64,000 nucleotides of DNA, taken from the NCBI GenBank assembly GCA_051294375.1, contig CM119263.1, forward strand, positions 28,743,280-28,807,279. The letters run 5' to 3'. Every line of letters starts with the position of its first letter. The first letter of the stretch is position 1. A program made the position numbers and the translations under genes. Source of the stretch: Paraspadella gotoi (lineage: Eukaryota > Animalia > Chaetognatha). Under the pieces are notes generated by a model. It saw only the letters and a list, made by a program, of their open reading frames with translations. It had not been told where the DNA came from and did not search any database. Shown here piece after piece: positions 43,286 through 56,325 of the stretch.

Positions 43286-46200
43286 TCGCCTTGCTGACAG
43301 AAGTTTAATGTATGTTTATTTATGTATGTCAATCAGAAACCATCGATATCATCGCAAAATTAAACAATTTTCAAAATAAAAACCCTTCGTATAAAAGTCT
43401 CACCCGCGACTAATAAAAACCTTTAATCTAACCCGGAATCTCGACACGTGACCGAGCCTCGTTTTGACGTCACGTGATCCTCTGGGGAAGAGTAAAGTGG
43501 ACTCGATGTTGATGTCATATCTTGACGAACATTATCGTTGTGAAGATGTGAGTCGATGGGAGCCGAAGCGCAGAGTCGAGATGTCGAGCCTTCCTCGTCC
43601 GTCAGCTGGAATGGGGAGATTCACGTCTCACAATTTTTTTTGCTCACTTCATATATTGTAAACTATATATTATATACTACAATGAAACTTTTTTCCACAA
43701 TGCTTTATTCTCTAAATACGTATTATTCAGCTCTAGAAAGTTAGAATCATTTATTTATATTTACTTAATTTTGGAAATTAAAAAAAATTCTTCTTCCCAT
43801 TTATAAATTTAGAATATACCAAATTTTATCACTGAAGATATATTATCTTTTATAATCCTGGGTTCAATTTTCAAACAGTAAAAATTTGAAATTTTTTTAA
43901 ACATGCCCTTTTACAATCACCATTTGCGCCGTCGGGCTCACGACCACTTTTAATTCTTTTTTCTGCTTCCACATTTTTTTTCTCTGAACAATTTTTTTCA
44001 CGTTCCTGTAATTTTTTCGCGTCTCTTCAGCGACCTAAGGAATGCAAAATTTTGCTTTAAATAATTATAAACATTTAATCAATATCTTTAATATGATCAA
44101 CCGAATAGACGTTTTTTTACGTCACCTTTAAAACTTTCTTCTTTGATTTTTTTGGTGAGAGACGATTTTCTGGACAGTTGTTATTTAAGAGATACTGAGA
44201 ATCTTTTTCCTCGATCTCTTTAGATTTCGTTTCCTTTGGAGAAAATAAAACGGTTATAAATTTACTACAAATCACTTTGGCGCAACCTTTAAAAAATCAT
44301 TTTAACTTAACTGTTTTGCTGTTTGCAGCGGGAAAAAAGGAGAAGACAAAAGCACGTGAATTTTAGTCAAAAAATGATGAATCGAGTCTATTTTACGAAT
44401 TTCGATATTTAATTTCATTTTACCCCCTTCAAAAAATGCCTTACCTCGAGCAATTATTGTCCGATTTTTGTTCGTCCAGCAGCTGCGGAAAAACGTTCTC
44501 CAGGTAAGTTTTGATTTTCAAGTCCAACATTCGGTTTTTCTTTGTCGATTCTAATTTCTCGAGTTGACCGATGATCTTTTCGGACAAATTCTCTTGATGT
44601 CGTAGATCTTTGTTTTCCTGAATTTAAGAAACTATGATTTCAAGACTCTAACGAAGGTCGGGTAGGTCTGACTGAGTCTAAGTAAGTAAGGACGGGGAAA
44701 ATGATGGGAAAGGGTAATGTATATTGTAAGCGGCTTAGTCAGTGGTAAAAAAAAAAGAGAGAAAAGAGCGTGAGTGAAAAACCTAAACCCTGGACTCGAG
44801 CCTGGATCTCCGGGAGGAGGGGGAAGAGGATGAGGAAACGGTGCATGCTGGCAAAACCTATCGGTTCTTTCTGCAAGAGAAAGCAATAAAAAGAAAAATA
44901 ATGATAAAGAAATCAAAATTCCCTTTTGTTTTAATGAAAAGAATATCTTTAAGACCCGCTTGAGGACTTGACTCAACGACGAGCACTGGCCACTGTCTTT
45001 TTTTACAATCTCTCTCTCTCTCTCTCCACATCGAGACACACCTTGACAATCTCGTCCCGATTGAAATCCTTAAACCTCTGCAGCAACCTCTTCTTGTAGA
45101 GGAGGTGGCCGTCCACGATCCGCTTGGGGTCTTCAGCGGAGGCGCCTTCCTTGATGTCAGACGTGCGTGTCGATTTGGTGATTTTCAAAACGGACTGATT
45201 AATTCAAGAGGATTGCCATTATTTTATAGTTATTCAAAATAGTTTAATTTTTTTAAGTAAAAAAAATGTATACTAAATATATTTTTATTTATTTATTTAT
45301 TTATCTATTTATTCATTTATTTACTTCCCAATTTTTAATTTTTTTAATGGATTTATTTAACTGTTTATTTTTTTATTAATTTATTTTGTATTTTTTTCTT
45401 AGTTTATTTATTTATGAAATTGGTACAACCAATATAAAAATTATAAAAATTATTTAATTATCTATTAATTTGTGTAATTGTTAATATATTTTATTTTATT
45501 TTGTCTTTTGTCTTTCCCTTTCTTTCATCCCCTCCACCCGACTAGGACGGTATACACCTCTTTTAGTTTCCGCAGCGCCTCTTCCGTCGAGTCGATGTCG
45601 CTCGCCACCTGGTGGACATTTAACATAATTCATTACAATTGATTTCAAAGAACCAAACGAACAATCGCAACAGCTCCAACACTAGCAACATCAACCTGCA
45701 ATATATCCATCAAGATCTCTCGCTTGAGCTGCTCGTTGAGATGAGACGGTATTGCGGAGCTGGCGCGGGACGTCCCGGCCGGCGTCTCCGGCGCGGTACC
45801 ACTTCCGGTGCCGGGCGACGGCGATGATCCTTCCTTCATCGAGACTTCGCGTTTCTCGACTTCGGAGGAACTGGAAGAATGGTTAGGATCGTTAGACGAT
45901 CGTGAATCTCATCGTTGTTGTCATCGTCGGTGTCATCGTCGTCGTAGCAGACGTCAAATTACGACTTTGTCTTTGTCTTTAAACATTATCTGCATTGTTA
46001 ATATGCTAAATCGCATTTTTTAATCTTATTTGCAAATTATTTTTATCAATCTCTAAGTTAATTAGGCTCAAAATTTACAAGTATGTTCAGCTTTATACTC
46101 GTGATCATTGAATAAAGATAAAAAAAATATTATTAACATGGAAACATTTGATTGACCTTTTGTTCGAAAGATCTCCGACTCCGGTGTCGTGATCTTTGGC

Positions 46201-47520
46201 GTCATCTTTCATCTTTTCTTCGGATTCTGTTATTTCTTTCGGCTGAAAATAAGTATTTTTTTAGACTCAGTATTACTTAAATAATAAGTCATAAAATATA
46301 TCTATTAATGATAAGTATCTAACCTCGTTTTCTGCGTCGCCGCTGACGGAACCATCGACGACTATCTCGCTCTCAACTGAATCCTCGCTGTTCGATGACC
46401 TTTCCCTTTTGTTCGTCAAGCCTTCTCTTTTGCCCGTTGAGCCCTGTAGATGGCAACAAAAATTAAAAGAGCATCTTCGCATTTGTTCTGAGAGAAGTTT
46501 TATTTTTAACGTACGTCACAATTAGCGACCTGTATTAATACGAAAAAAGAATAATATATAATAAGAAAATTCAGTATGCTATAGACTAAGCTGATAAACT
46601 ATGAAGAATTTTACCTCCGAACCGAAATCAGGTATTGGAGAGAAGGTAGGGATGTAAATAGGTACAGTGGGGCTGAGATAAACTGCCTCCGGTCCGTTTC
46701 ACATTACCGTCACGTATTAATTTTGAAGTATCGGGAAGTTATTTTGCTCATAAAAGAATTGTGTATTTATATTTCTTTAGTCTGAGAAAAAATTAAATAA
46801 AAAATTTAAAAAACAAGTACAATTTAACACTTTCACCTGCAATTATTCTTAAAGGTTAACTTTTTAAAAAGGTAAGGAACAAACTTTGAGGTTGATCAGC
46901 AGTTGTTCAAGAAATTCAATCCTTCGTAACTTTTAACTTTTAACTTTTTAAGGCCGATTATAATTTATATAATTTATACAGACTTGTTTCAAATACATTT
47001 CACCTGATCTTTCGTTGTTGAATTCATTTCTGGTCGGTGATTTTTAATTTTGAAGTTGCTACGAGCGCTGTCGTCACTTTGAATCAAGAAAATGTAAGAA
47101 ATGTATGTTAGTCGTCTATATGTATCATATATGATACTAGATACTAGGTTTTACGTCTAACCTGGAACTGGCAGTCCTCATTAAAGTTTTTGGCGTCTGA
47201 AAAGAGAGTAAGTAATATTCAAGGTTTTAAAACCATATTATATTTCCTCTGAACCTTTTTAAATAGTAAAGCTGTACAATACAAACAATAGCCCTATCAA
47301 AATAAATATATATAAACTTATAATTTATTCATTATTAGTAAATATTTAAAAACTTTAGCGTCTTAACATCGATAAATCTCCCTTATCATGTCGATTGTCA
47401 TGTCTCACGCTGTGAAGGGATGAACCAACTGAATCATCTTGTGTGTGAGGACGATTTTTTGTGTGACGTCCCCCGTATTTGGCGAATCTCTTTCTTTGCG
47501 GCTTTCGTGGTCCCACCTGA
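42328..47520 (-). CDS. Divergent NCoR/SMRT-like protein (coiled-coil region plus paired Cys-rich zinc module; no SANT domains seen); 5' end uncertain
   Basis: GT-AG exons include 46324-46443, ~46157-46242, ~45697-45870 (..LNEQLKREILMDILQ), 45558-45608 (VASDIDSTEEALRKLKE), ~45043-45150 (EDPKRIVDGHLLYKKRLLQRFKDFNRDEIVK), ~44445-44617 (..KKNRMLDLKIKTYLENVFPQLLDEQK; cf. NCoR1 RRKAKESKTREYYEKQFPEIRKQRE), ~44126-44233, 43921-44034, 43433-43605, 42880-43041 (CGICKEKL..LICRNCHEKRQK) and 42328-42517 (RCQVTTCLTPERKHNHLRACP..RRCCSNCYESL, stop). The last two match the CxxC..CxxC-CxxxxC..CCSxC module I recall from invertebrate NCoR. Confidence 0.6.
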
Positions 47521-47667
47521 GCGTGATTAGGGAAAGAGATTATAATTGAATTTTACTTTACTTCGTTTCGTTATATTTATTCTATATTTCTAACAATTAA
47601 AAAAAATACGTTAGCTATTTAATAATTTTTTAATCTTCGATATTTAATGTGCAAAATGGGAGTCAAT

Positions 47668-47848
47668 GGGAGTGAATAAACGAGACTGTGAGAGAGTCTT
47701 GATTGAAAGCTTTCAGGGTTCTGCTATGTTATTATCTTTTAAGAGTGATGGAGGCCTTAAACCACCAAAGCCTGTCCAAAGACAGGGGCAAGTTAGCTTA
47801 TTTATTGAATGAATGGATAGTTTTTATATTGGTTGTACTAATTTCACA
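47668..47848 (+). mobile_element. Dispersed ~180-bp repeat, copy 2
   Basis: GGGAGTGAATAAAC...GATGGAGGCCTTAA.CCACCAAAGCCTGTC...TATATTGGTTGTAC.AATTTCA is shared with 40439-40619. Hairpin CCTGTC-CAAA-GACAGG at 47771-47786. Confidence 0.7.
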
Positions 47849-48455
47849 AAATGGCCATTGGCCAATTGGTTAAACCATCGCGTGACTTTTGTTTGCAACG
47901 ATCGAATTTTCGATCATACGACGACGACGACGACAACGACGACCTCAGCGGCACCGCTTGACGTCCACGAACAATTTGACGATAGACGAGAACATAAAAG
48001 TCATCAAAGAACAAAAAAAATAGAAACAAAGAAACACGAAAACAAAAGGAAGAATTTTAGGAAAATGATGAAAACAAAGAAAAATTGTTATTTTCTAGAT
48101 GTGATGGAATCTATGGTGATTACAGGATTACCTGAATATATTTGTATGGCTTAAAGTTATTACGTATTTCATCATTCATAAAAAATTAAGACCGAGAAAA
48201 CAGCCAAATAGTCGTAAGGACACAGCAAACGATTGGTTCGTTTAAACAAATGACAACATATACAAACTATTACAGAATAACAAAAAAGACAATCTGTCAT
48301 CTTTCCTTCAAGATTTGTCAAGTAACGATGCGATGCTGATATAAATTTTTTAACAATATTATTTGATCTAAAAATTAATATTTTTTCATGAATTTAATGA
48401 TGCGACTTAAGGCCTCGCGATGGGTGATTTAGCTCGGTCGTTATTTATGAGGTGA

Positions 48456-48574
<119 letters not shown>

Positions 48575-48766
48575 GGGTTACTGGGTAACTTTTGTGACAA
48601 TTGTCACGCAACAAAACTTTTCCCTCAATCACGAAATGATCAAAACAAAAATCTAAACTCTTTTTTAGTTTCCCAGTGACGTCCACAAATTTCACTCCTT
48701 TTCAGATTCGAAATGAAATAATATTTTTGAAAGCTAATTAAATTTATTTTTAAAAAAAAATAGAAA

Positions 48767-50548
48767 ATGTCTCTCATCGTGGATCGACTTTTAGAATTGA
48801 CTAGAATATTTTCCGAATTTTCTGGAGAATTATTCTTTCGCTACACTCTGGACAACAAGGTGAGTAAAGGTTTAGTAAACAGCAGGTTCATAAAGGTAAA
48901 GCTACTGTGAGAAAGTATTATTGTAGTACCGAATTCAAACTGTTGAGTAATTTAAATCTTTCTCGTTATGATAAACTTTATCGCGAGTAAGAATTAAAAT
49001 CTTCACTTGGTTTCCAAATCCTTTTTCACAACTCCCCAAATCACCCCCTGCCCCCTTACCCCTCATTCATCCCCCTTACCCCCCATTCCCCCCCACCCTT
49101 ACCCCCATTCACCCTGCCCTTTTACCCCCAATCACTCTCCCCTTTTACCCCCATTCACTCCCCTTTTACCCCCCATATTCACCCCCCTGACCCCCCATCC
49201 ACCCTTTTTTTACCCCTTCACCTCCCTTACCTCCATTCACCCCCTTTATCTCCCCATTCACCCCCATTTACCTCCCTTACCCCCCTTCATCCCCTTATCC
49301 GCCCATTCAACTCCCCCCCCATATTCCGTAGACCTTCTACGGAGGATCGAACCACAGCGTCTGGAGCTACGAGACCGGAACTGGTCTTCGACGCTCTCCA
49401 GAAAAGATGGAACTGCGACTGGAGGAAACCTCTGCCACGATTGGCCGGCGTCATTTTCCTCTAATCGGCCGGCGCCACCAGGAGCCGCTTTACGTCGTTG
49501 ACCGGCGTCTCGAGGCGCCGATCTCCTCGGTCGGGTTCTCCAACGGCGCCTTCGCGCAGTCGGAACCCTGGGACTTTTCGCTCAAACCGTCCGTCGACGC
49601 GAAGGCGCCTTCGTTCCAGATGCTCGACGAAGACGACGACATTATCGTGGAAAGCATCGAACCTCCGACTATGAACGCGTCGGAAAAAGGCGCGCCGGAA
49701 GTAGGCGGGCCGGTAATAGCCGTGGACGAATTAAGAACACCCTTGCCGGAATTCGGAACGCCACCCGCATCTCGGAATCTCTTTATCGAGACGCGGGACG
49801 CTGGCGTAGTCGTCGGCGGCAACGGCGGAACATTCGCCGAAGTCGGCATCACTCGACCGAAACAAAAGAACGTTCCTTCATCCTGCAGCGATCCTGGCGG
49901 AATTGGATACGAAACTCAGAAGACGAAAAAAGAAAAGACGCGCGGGGCGAAACCTTACATTTGCAAATCCTGCGGAAACGGGTTCAAGTCTTACTCTAAC
50001 TTGCTCATTCACTCCAGAATTCACACAGGTAATTGTGAAACTTATCAGAGAAAAGAAATAGGAACCAAAATGATAACAAGTGGTTATTTGAAAATATGAT
50101 CCTAGAAATTGCCACCAAATAAATCCGTTGCCCTCTTTCTTTTAAGGTGATCGGCCGTACAGATGTGACTTGTGCGGACACGGCTTTGCGCAACTCGGCA
50201 ATCTGAACGCACACAAACGAATTCACTCGGGAGAGCGACCTTTCAGGTGCAACTTTTGCGGAAAAGGATTCGCTCAATCTTCCAATTTGCGATCGCACAT
50301 CAGGTTACTATGTTTTTCTTCGCTAGAAAGAGTCTTTTTCGTAAGTATTTCAATCGATTTTATAATTTGTAGAATAGTTTATTAAAAATATATTTTTAAT
50401 CCCTAGGGTTCATTTAGGTCAGAAACCCTTCACCTGCAAAATCTGCCAAAGGGGATTTTCCCGACAAAATTTACTCACATTGCATTCTCAATCCTGCCGT
50501 CAGATGGCGAACGTGAACGGGAGCCAGAGCTCGTCGTCCAACAATTAG
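48767..50548 (+). CDS. Krueppel-type zinc-finger protein (3 C2H2 plus a terminal C2HC), 4 exons
   Basis: Exons 48767-48859, 49332-50028, 50147-50303, 50407-50548, all GT-AG and in phase. Fingers: [105 protein letters not shown]. Confidence 0.93.
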
Positions 50549-50814
50549 ATGTACTTCAGTCAATGTGGCTGATTTACATTAGGTTTATTTATATATTTAT
50601 TGCGATTTGCTGTGATATTTATTCAACTTTTACTTTGTTTGTGATTCACGTCCTATTTATTTATTACGAGGTTCGTTTTTCAGCCTTAACCTTTTTAGTT
50701 GTTTTTTTTTGTGTGTCTGCGTGTTTGTTAAAAAAAGCGTTTTAATTTATTTAACTAAATAAATTGTGTATATTTATTTGTCAATACATATTTTTGTCAA
50801 CAATCTATCATTCA

Positions 50815-52223
50815 TCACACTTCATTCATGATTGAACTCACGAATTCTCCAAAGGTATGTTCCTGAATCCCCGGCCTCTGATTGGCTGGAAATTGACTAT
50901 TGAGAGTCACGACCGCCGACGTCACCAGGGGCGGAATCGAGTAAGGATTGGTATAACCCTGCGCCGCCCGCTGCGGGTCCGGCAGTCCTTGAATGCCAGG
51001 TGGCGGGGCGGTCTTAGCGCCGCGGCACTGACATCCGGGGTTCTCCTGCGCCGAGCTGACAACGCCGAGCTCGGCGCAAGTGTACGGGACCACCAGCGGC
51101 CGTGGAATCGGGATCGAAGCCGGAGGGGTCGGCATTGGCAGCGCCGCAGTGGGAATTGTCAGCGCTGGCGTTGTAATAGGCACCGCGGGCGTCGGGATGG
51201 GCATCGTCGGGATCGGCACCGCTGGATACGGTGCCGCTACGGTGCGAATAATCGTGGAAACTGGAAAAGCGGCGTTGGAACCGGCGACGGGTTTTTTGGC
51301 GGGAAGCGGCGCTGGAAGAAAGAGGGAATCCATCCGCGGACAGACGAAGGGGAATGGGCCGGAAAATACCGGCGGAGGACGAACGGGATTCGGGAATCCC
51401 GGTTGAGGACGGACCGGTAACTCCTCCTTTGTTAGCCCCGGAATGACTGGCGGACCCAAAGAAATGGGCGCGAACAGCCCGTGAGGCTCGTTCCTCGCTG
51501 GAGCGTGTCTCTTGTTACGATGACCGCCGCCCCTGTGAGGCTTTGGCGGCTTTTTCGACGTCGTCGCGGGCAGGAAGGGCGTCGGCAACGGCGGCGGCAG
51601 CAGCAGCGGCAGCGGCGGAGAGAATTTGAGGTTCTCTCCGCTGCGCTGCGGCGGAGGCGGAGGGGGCGGGATTTCTGCGACGTTCTTGACGGCGAAATCT
51701 ATGATTGGGAGGGAACCGTAGTGGACGACGTTGTTGGCGGACAAATCCATGGATCCTTGGAATTGGGGCGTGGCTTCAGTCATTATTTGGCGCGGATAAA
51801 GAGAGAGGTCGGCGGGACCTGGTTGAGGGTCAAAATTTGAGAGGAAAAATAATTTAAATAAATATATATCTGGTGTTTTTACAGTTTCTATAGGTACTTA
51901 TTAGATATTTACTATTTTTTTAGCAAAACAAGCCAACGAACAGTTAACTAAGCAATATAAAAAAGAGAGTCGAATATCTTTCACACGTGCGTAGTTTAAA
52001 TACTAAAATTTTAAAGTCTTATCTTTCTGCCTTTCTGCTTTCGGCATTTTCTCGTACTTCAGAATTCCATCCAAGATGCCTCACCTCCGTTCGACGGCTG
52101 CAGCTGGTGCTGCGGCGGCCTAAGTAGGCCAACTGCCCCAAATTGTGTGGCAGACGTTGCTGCGACGTTGTCTTTCGCAAAAGTCGATTTCATCAACGAA
52201 TGATTTGGATTGGAAAAACTCAT
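50815..52223 (-). CDS. Proline-rich protein of unknown function (~380 aa), 2 coding exons
   Basis: Exon 52085-52223 (MSFSNPNHSLMKSTFAKD...QPSNG, GTGAG donor, phase 1) joins exon 50815-51818 (GPADLSLYPRQIMTEATPQ...SSIMNEV*) in frame. The ORF is long with GC3 bias. Confidence 0.75.
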
Positions 52224-53026
52224 TTCTCATTTCGTCGAAATTAAATTTGATGAAATGAGACGAAACTGGTGGGAAAAAGATTTTATGTGTGAAAATGTCT
52301 GTTTTTAGTTCTTATCGCATTTCTTGTGATTAAAAGCATGAATTTAGATTTTAATTACCAAATTATATTTGGAATTATTTTTAAACCAGTCTGAAAACGA
52401 TGAAAAAAGTTTTATTGTTATCTACATGTAGAATCCATGAAAAAAAATGTTCCTTAAAATAATAAACCAAACTTTCATTCGCTTTAAACTTCTATACCTC
52501 TGATGAACTTACCTTTTTATATTTCCAAGACCCTGAGGCGCATAAGACATGGAAAAACTGCGATCTGAAAAATTCTTTTCGATGCAAAAAGGAGAAAAAA
52601 AATCCTGATCAAACGAATCTACGAGTTCGACGCGATGAAGAAAAATTGTGATGATCGCACTTCGAAGCGATTCGCTTTTAAACGACAAGTCAAGGGGGGG
52701 CGTTGACAAGTGTCGGGGGGCCACCTGAGTAGGCGCGAGAAAGTTCGAGAGGAAGAAACATGACGCTTTCGTGACTGAGAAAAAAATATGATATCTCATC
52801 GTGAAGATAAGTTGAGAAAAAAAATTGCGTCTGAGGAAATGACGGTACGTTACCATGACGATGAGTTTTGTCGATAGTTTCTAAGTTCAGTTTGATAGTT
52901 TTTTTTAACAATATTATTCCGAAAAGTTGTACGAAGAAACATTTGATGGTAAAGGGGCCTTTTCAGACCACGGTATCTGACGACATATAACTTTATGGTG
53001 GACTAAAATCCACTAACCGTTCATCA

Positions 53027-53099
53027 GCGGCCATTGGTGCCGGAGGCAAGTCGTTCGCCTCCCAACCCAAAGGTCCGGGCTTCTAGCCCTGTGGTCGCC
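53027..53099 (+). pseudogene. tRNA-Gly(CCC)-like pseudogene or tRNA-derived SINE head
   Basis: 73 nt. Acceptor stem GCGGCCA/TGGTCGC, A-box-like TGGTGCCGGAGG, anticodon region TCGCCTCCCA as in tRNA-Gly(CCC), T-arm CCGGG-CTTCTAG-CCCTG with a degenerate B box. The anticodon stem is mispaired. Confidence 0.55.
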
Positions 53100-53914
53100 T
53101 AAGCTCATGGACTGCTTATATTGAACGGTTCTGTCATTAACATATAACATTAATAACTATTTCTTCAACTTCATCTTTCATGAGATTGAAAGGTTTACCT
53201 TTTTTCTAATGCGAACGGGCTCTACTAAGCTATGGATAATTCAACAGAATTCAACAGAATTCAAGAGATTAAATGCAGTTCTTAAAATAAATTCTTTCTT
53301 GAATAACCTAATTCGTTAAAGCGTCAACAAATAATGACTCATGTACCTTGCTTTCATTGTTCTTAATAAAAAGATTTTAAACAAAATTATAAATAATTTT
53401 TAAAAAAATATGTCATTTAGAAAAAAAAACGAGCTGAAAATTAATTCTACCTTACAATGGGCTTTTTAATTTGCGCCAGAAATCAGTTGTTTAGCTGTTA
53501 AATCCAAGCAGGAAGGGATTGTGGTATACGGGAGGCGAACTCGAGATATCGCAACAAATAATACCTACAATAAAGTCGAAAAGGTGAGTTGATAATTCTG
53601 GGTATGATTCGAAAATTGAGACGCGAGAGAGAGAAACCTTAGAAGGTGAGTTAATAGGTAAGTGACCTCTCTCTCGATGACAAAATGGGCAAAAATGGGC
53701 GAAAGGTGACGGTTGACGAGCAATCGATTTGATTCAGGTTTTAAGGTGAAAAAAAAAACAACTAAGACGCAGTTGTTAACAGAGAGAGAGAGAGAGAGGG
53801 GGGGGAGAAAGAGAGAAGGAGTAATTTCGGGAGCCAAGAAAAAGCGAGAGAAAGAGATGATTTTTATCGAGGCTTTTACCTATGTTGGCTGATTCAAAAA
53901 CTGTCAGTGGGGGA

Positions 53915-54028
<114 letters not shown>

Positions 54029-54337
54029 CCTTTAAAAAACGATGATATTACATTATGTTACTAATTCGGCAAATGTCGTTTTAGTTATTTCAATTAATAT
54101 TTGTCAGCTTGCATAAATCAAGAGGAAATATTATTCATATATATTAAGTTAAATATACAACTTTACTTTCGAAAAAATAGATATTACAAACAAAAGAGCA
54201 TAACAAAATAAAAGCTCAATCTTTCCAACAAAAATCCGTTACTTTGGCTCCTTCACCCTCAAACCGCTCCAGCAACCATCTACCCGATTCCTCAAACTCA
54301 ATCCATCCGCTCCACCAACCCAACTCCCCTTAACTCC

Positions 54338-54926
54338 TCAAACGCAGTCCAACCGCTCTTGGGACCCAGCCCTCGACGCGCTCCTCGAGATATCCCTCGA
54401 CGGCGCCAGGGAATTCTCGTTCGACGCGTCCCCCAACCGCGCCGCGTACTCTGCCAGCGCTGCGTAGACGAATTTGAACTGATCCAGGGTCTGCACTGCG
54501 CCTGCGCGGTCCCGACGAACTTCGTTGACCGTCGCCACGACGTCGGCGCGCCCCGTCTCCTCGTAGGCGCGCATGCAGACGTCCAAGGCTATGACTGCTC
54601 CCGTGCGGCCAGTGCCGGGGCTGCAGTGAACCACGACCGGCCCAACGGACTTTTTCATATAGGGCCGCGCCTCGAAGAGAAAGAGCAGCATGGAATCCGG
54701 GTTAGAGGGCGCGCCGCGCTCCGGCCACTCGAGGAATTGGAAATGCGTCACCTCCCTCGTCTCGCCGTCGTCGAGACGCTTGACGAGGAGGTGCGTGACG
54801 ACGTAGTCGCGGCGAGAGTCACGGACGAGCGACTTGATCTCAAAGGAGGAGAAGGTGACGTTGGTTTCGAGGAAGGAAGAGGAGTTGGGCCAATAGACGG
54901 CGCATCTGGGTTGGGAGAGGATGAGT

Positions 54927-54988
<62 letters not shown>

Positions 54989-56294
54989 TTGATGTTGATG
55001 ATGTTGATGATAATGATAAAAATAATGATTATAATGATATTGATATTAATGATAATAATGCTTTTGATTATGATAAATGTGAAGACGATGGTGTTTGAAA
55101 TTATGACAATAATGATAATGACTTTATTGATGTTGATAATGCCAGTTCCATCCCTCACCTCTCGGCTTCGTTCTCCACGACTTTGGTCAGCATCAACACA
55201 ACACGCGACTCATTCTGCCAGACCATCGACCAAAAGTCCTCGATGGTCGATTCCATTGGCGCCTGCGTCGCAATGTAAACCCGCGGCTTCTTGCGATGAC
55301 CCCTGACGTAGTTGGCGTTGATGTAAGAGGGCGTGTCCCGCCCGTCGACGCCCGGAAGATGGAGCTGGACTCTGGTTGAGGGATTGGGAACCACGTTGGC
55401 GAAACGATTCTTCTCTGGATCAGATTCGACCTGGAGGAGAAATGGATTTATTCGTGTAGCCTTAACAATTATATTGTAATGCTACTGAGGCGGAAACTGT
55501 TTTAATTTACTCAATATTGCGATATTATATTTTAATCAATTTTGAAATTCGGCTTATGTCTCTTGACTTACCTTTTTTAGACTCATTTACATATTGTAGT
55601 AGGTTTTGTATAAAATTTTAATTCGTTTTGTTTTTTGGGGATTAAGTTAAAAAATATTAGAAAAGGGCAAATAATATTTAGATGTATGATTTTAAAATAA
55701 TATTTAGTCAACATTGAAAGGTTTTGTAAGATGTTACGATATTGAAGCGATTTACTACTGAGGATTCGTAGTTAAGTGAGTTAGTGGCAAAATAAACCTG
55801 AATTGATATTTGAAAATTGAATAGTAGGAGTCTACGTCGTTCTTAGAGATCGAAGGAAGACTTTTTCAATGGAGATTTTCGTTCAAATCTGACTACCAAA
55901 CAATATAACGCTCCTGGTAAAAATTCTGGTAAAATATGATGTAAAAAACACTTGATTCCGATCCTGTTGATCTGAAGGGCTCGCATTTTTTTTCTATTGT
56001 CAAAATCATCAACATCTTGATATCAAAACAAGCCAGAACAAATAGACTGCTTCTGGACGGAAAATTTTTCCATCTCTGATTTTATATAGAAATGAAAGGG
56101 ATTTTTTTCTGAAAACGATATAAACGTGACTGAGGTATGTTCCTGTTCAACAAATGAGGTCAATTTGGAATCCTTGCGCAAAGTGTCTGAAGGGCTCTCA
56201 AAATTTTCTTTATTTTATTAGGTTATTTTGATATGATACGATCATGGTAAGTGTGAATTAGTCCATTTTGGATGAATTTTTTAATTAAAGTAAA

Positions 56295-56325
<31 letters not shown>

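Noticed and set aside
54359-55306. 315-aa plus-strand ORF with poly-Met, and the poly-Ile ORF 54748-55158
   Set aside because: Antisense to PTP exons and running through the (ATG/CAT)n microsatellite of intron 4.
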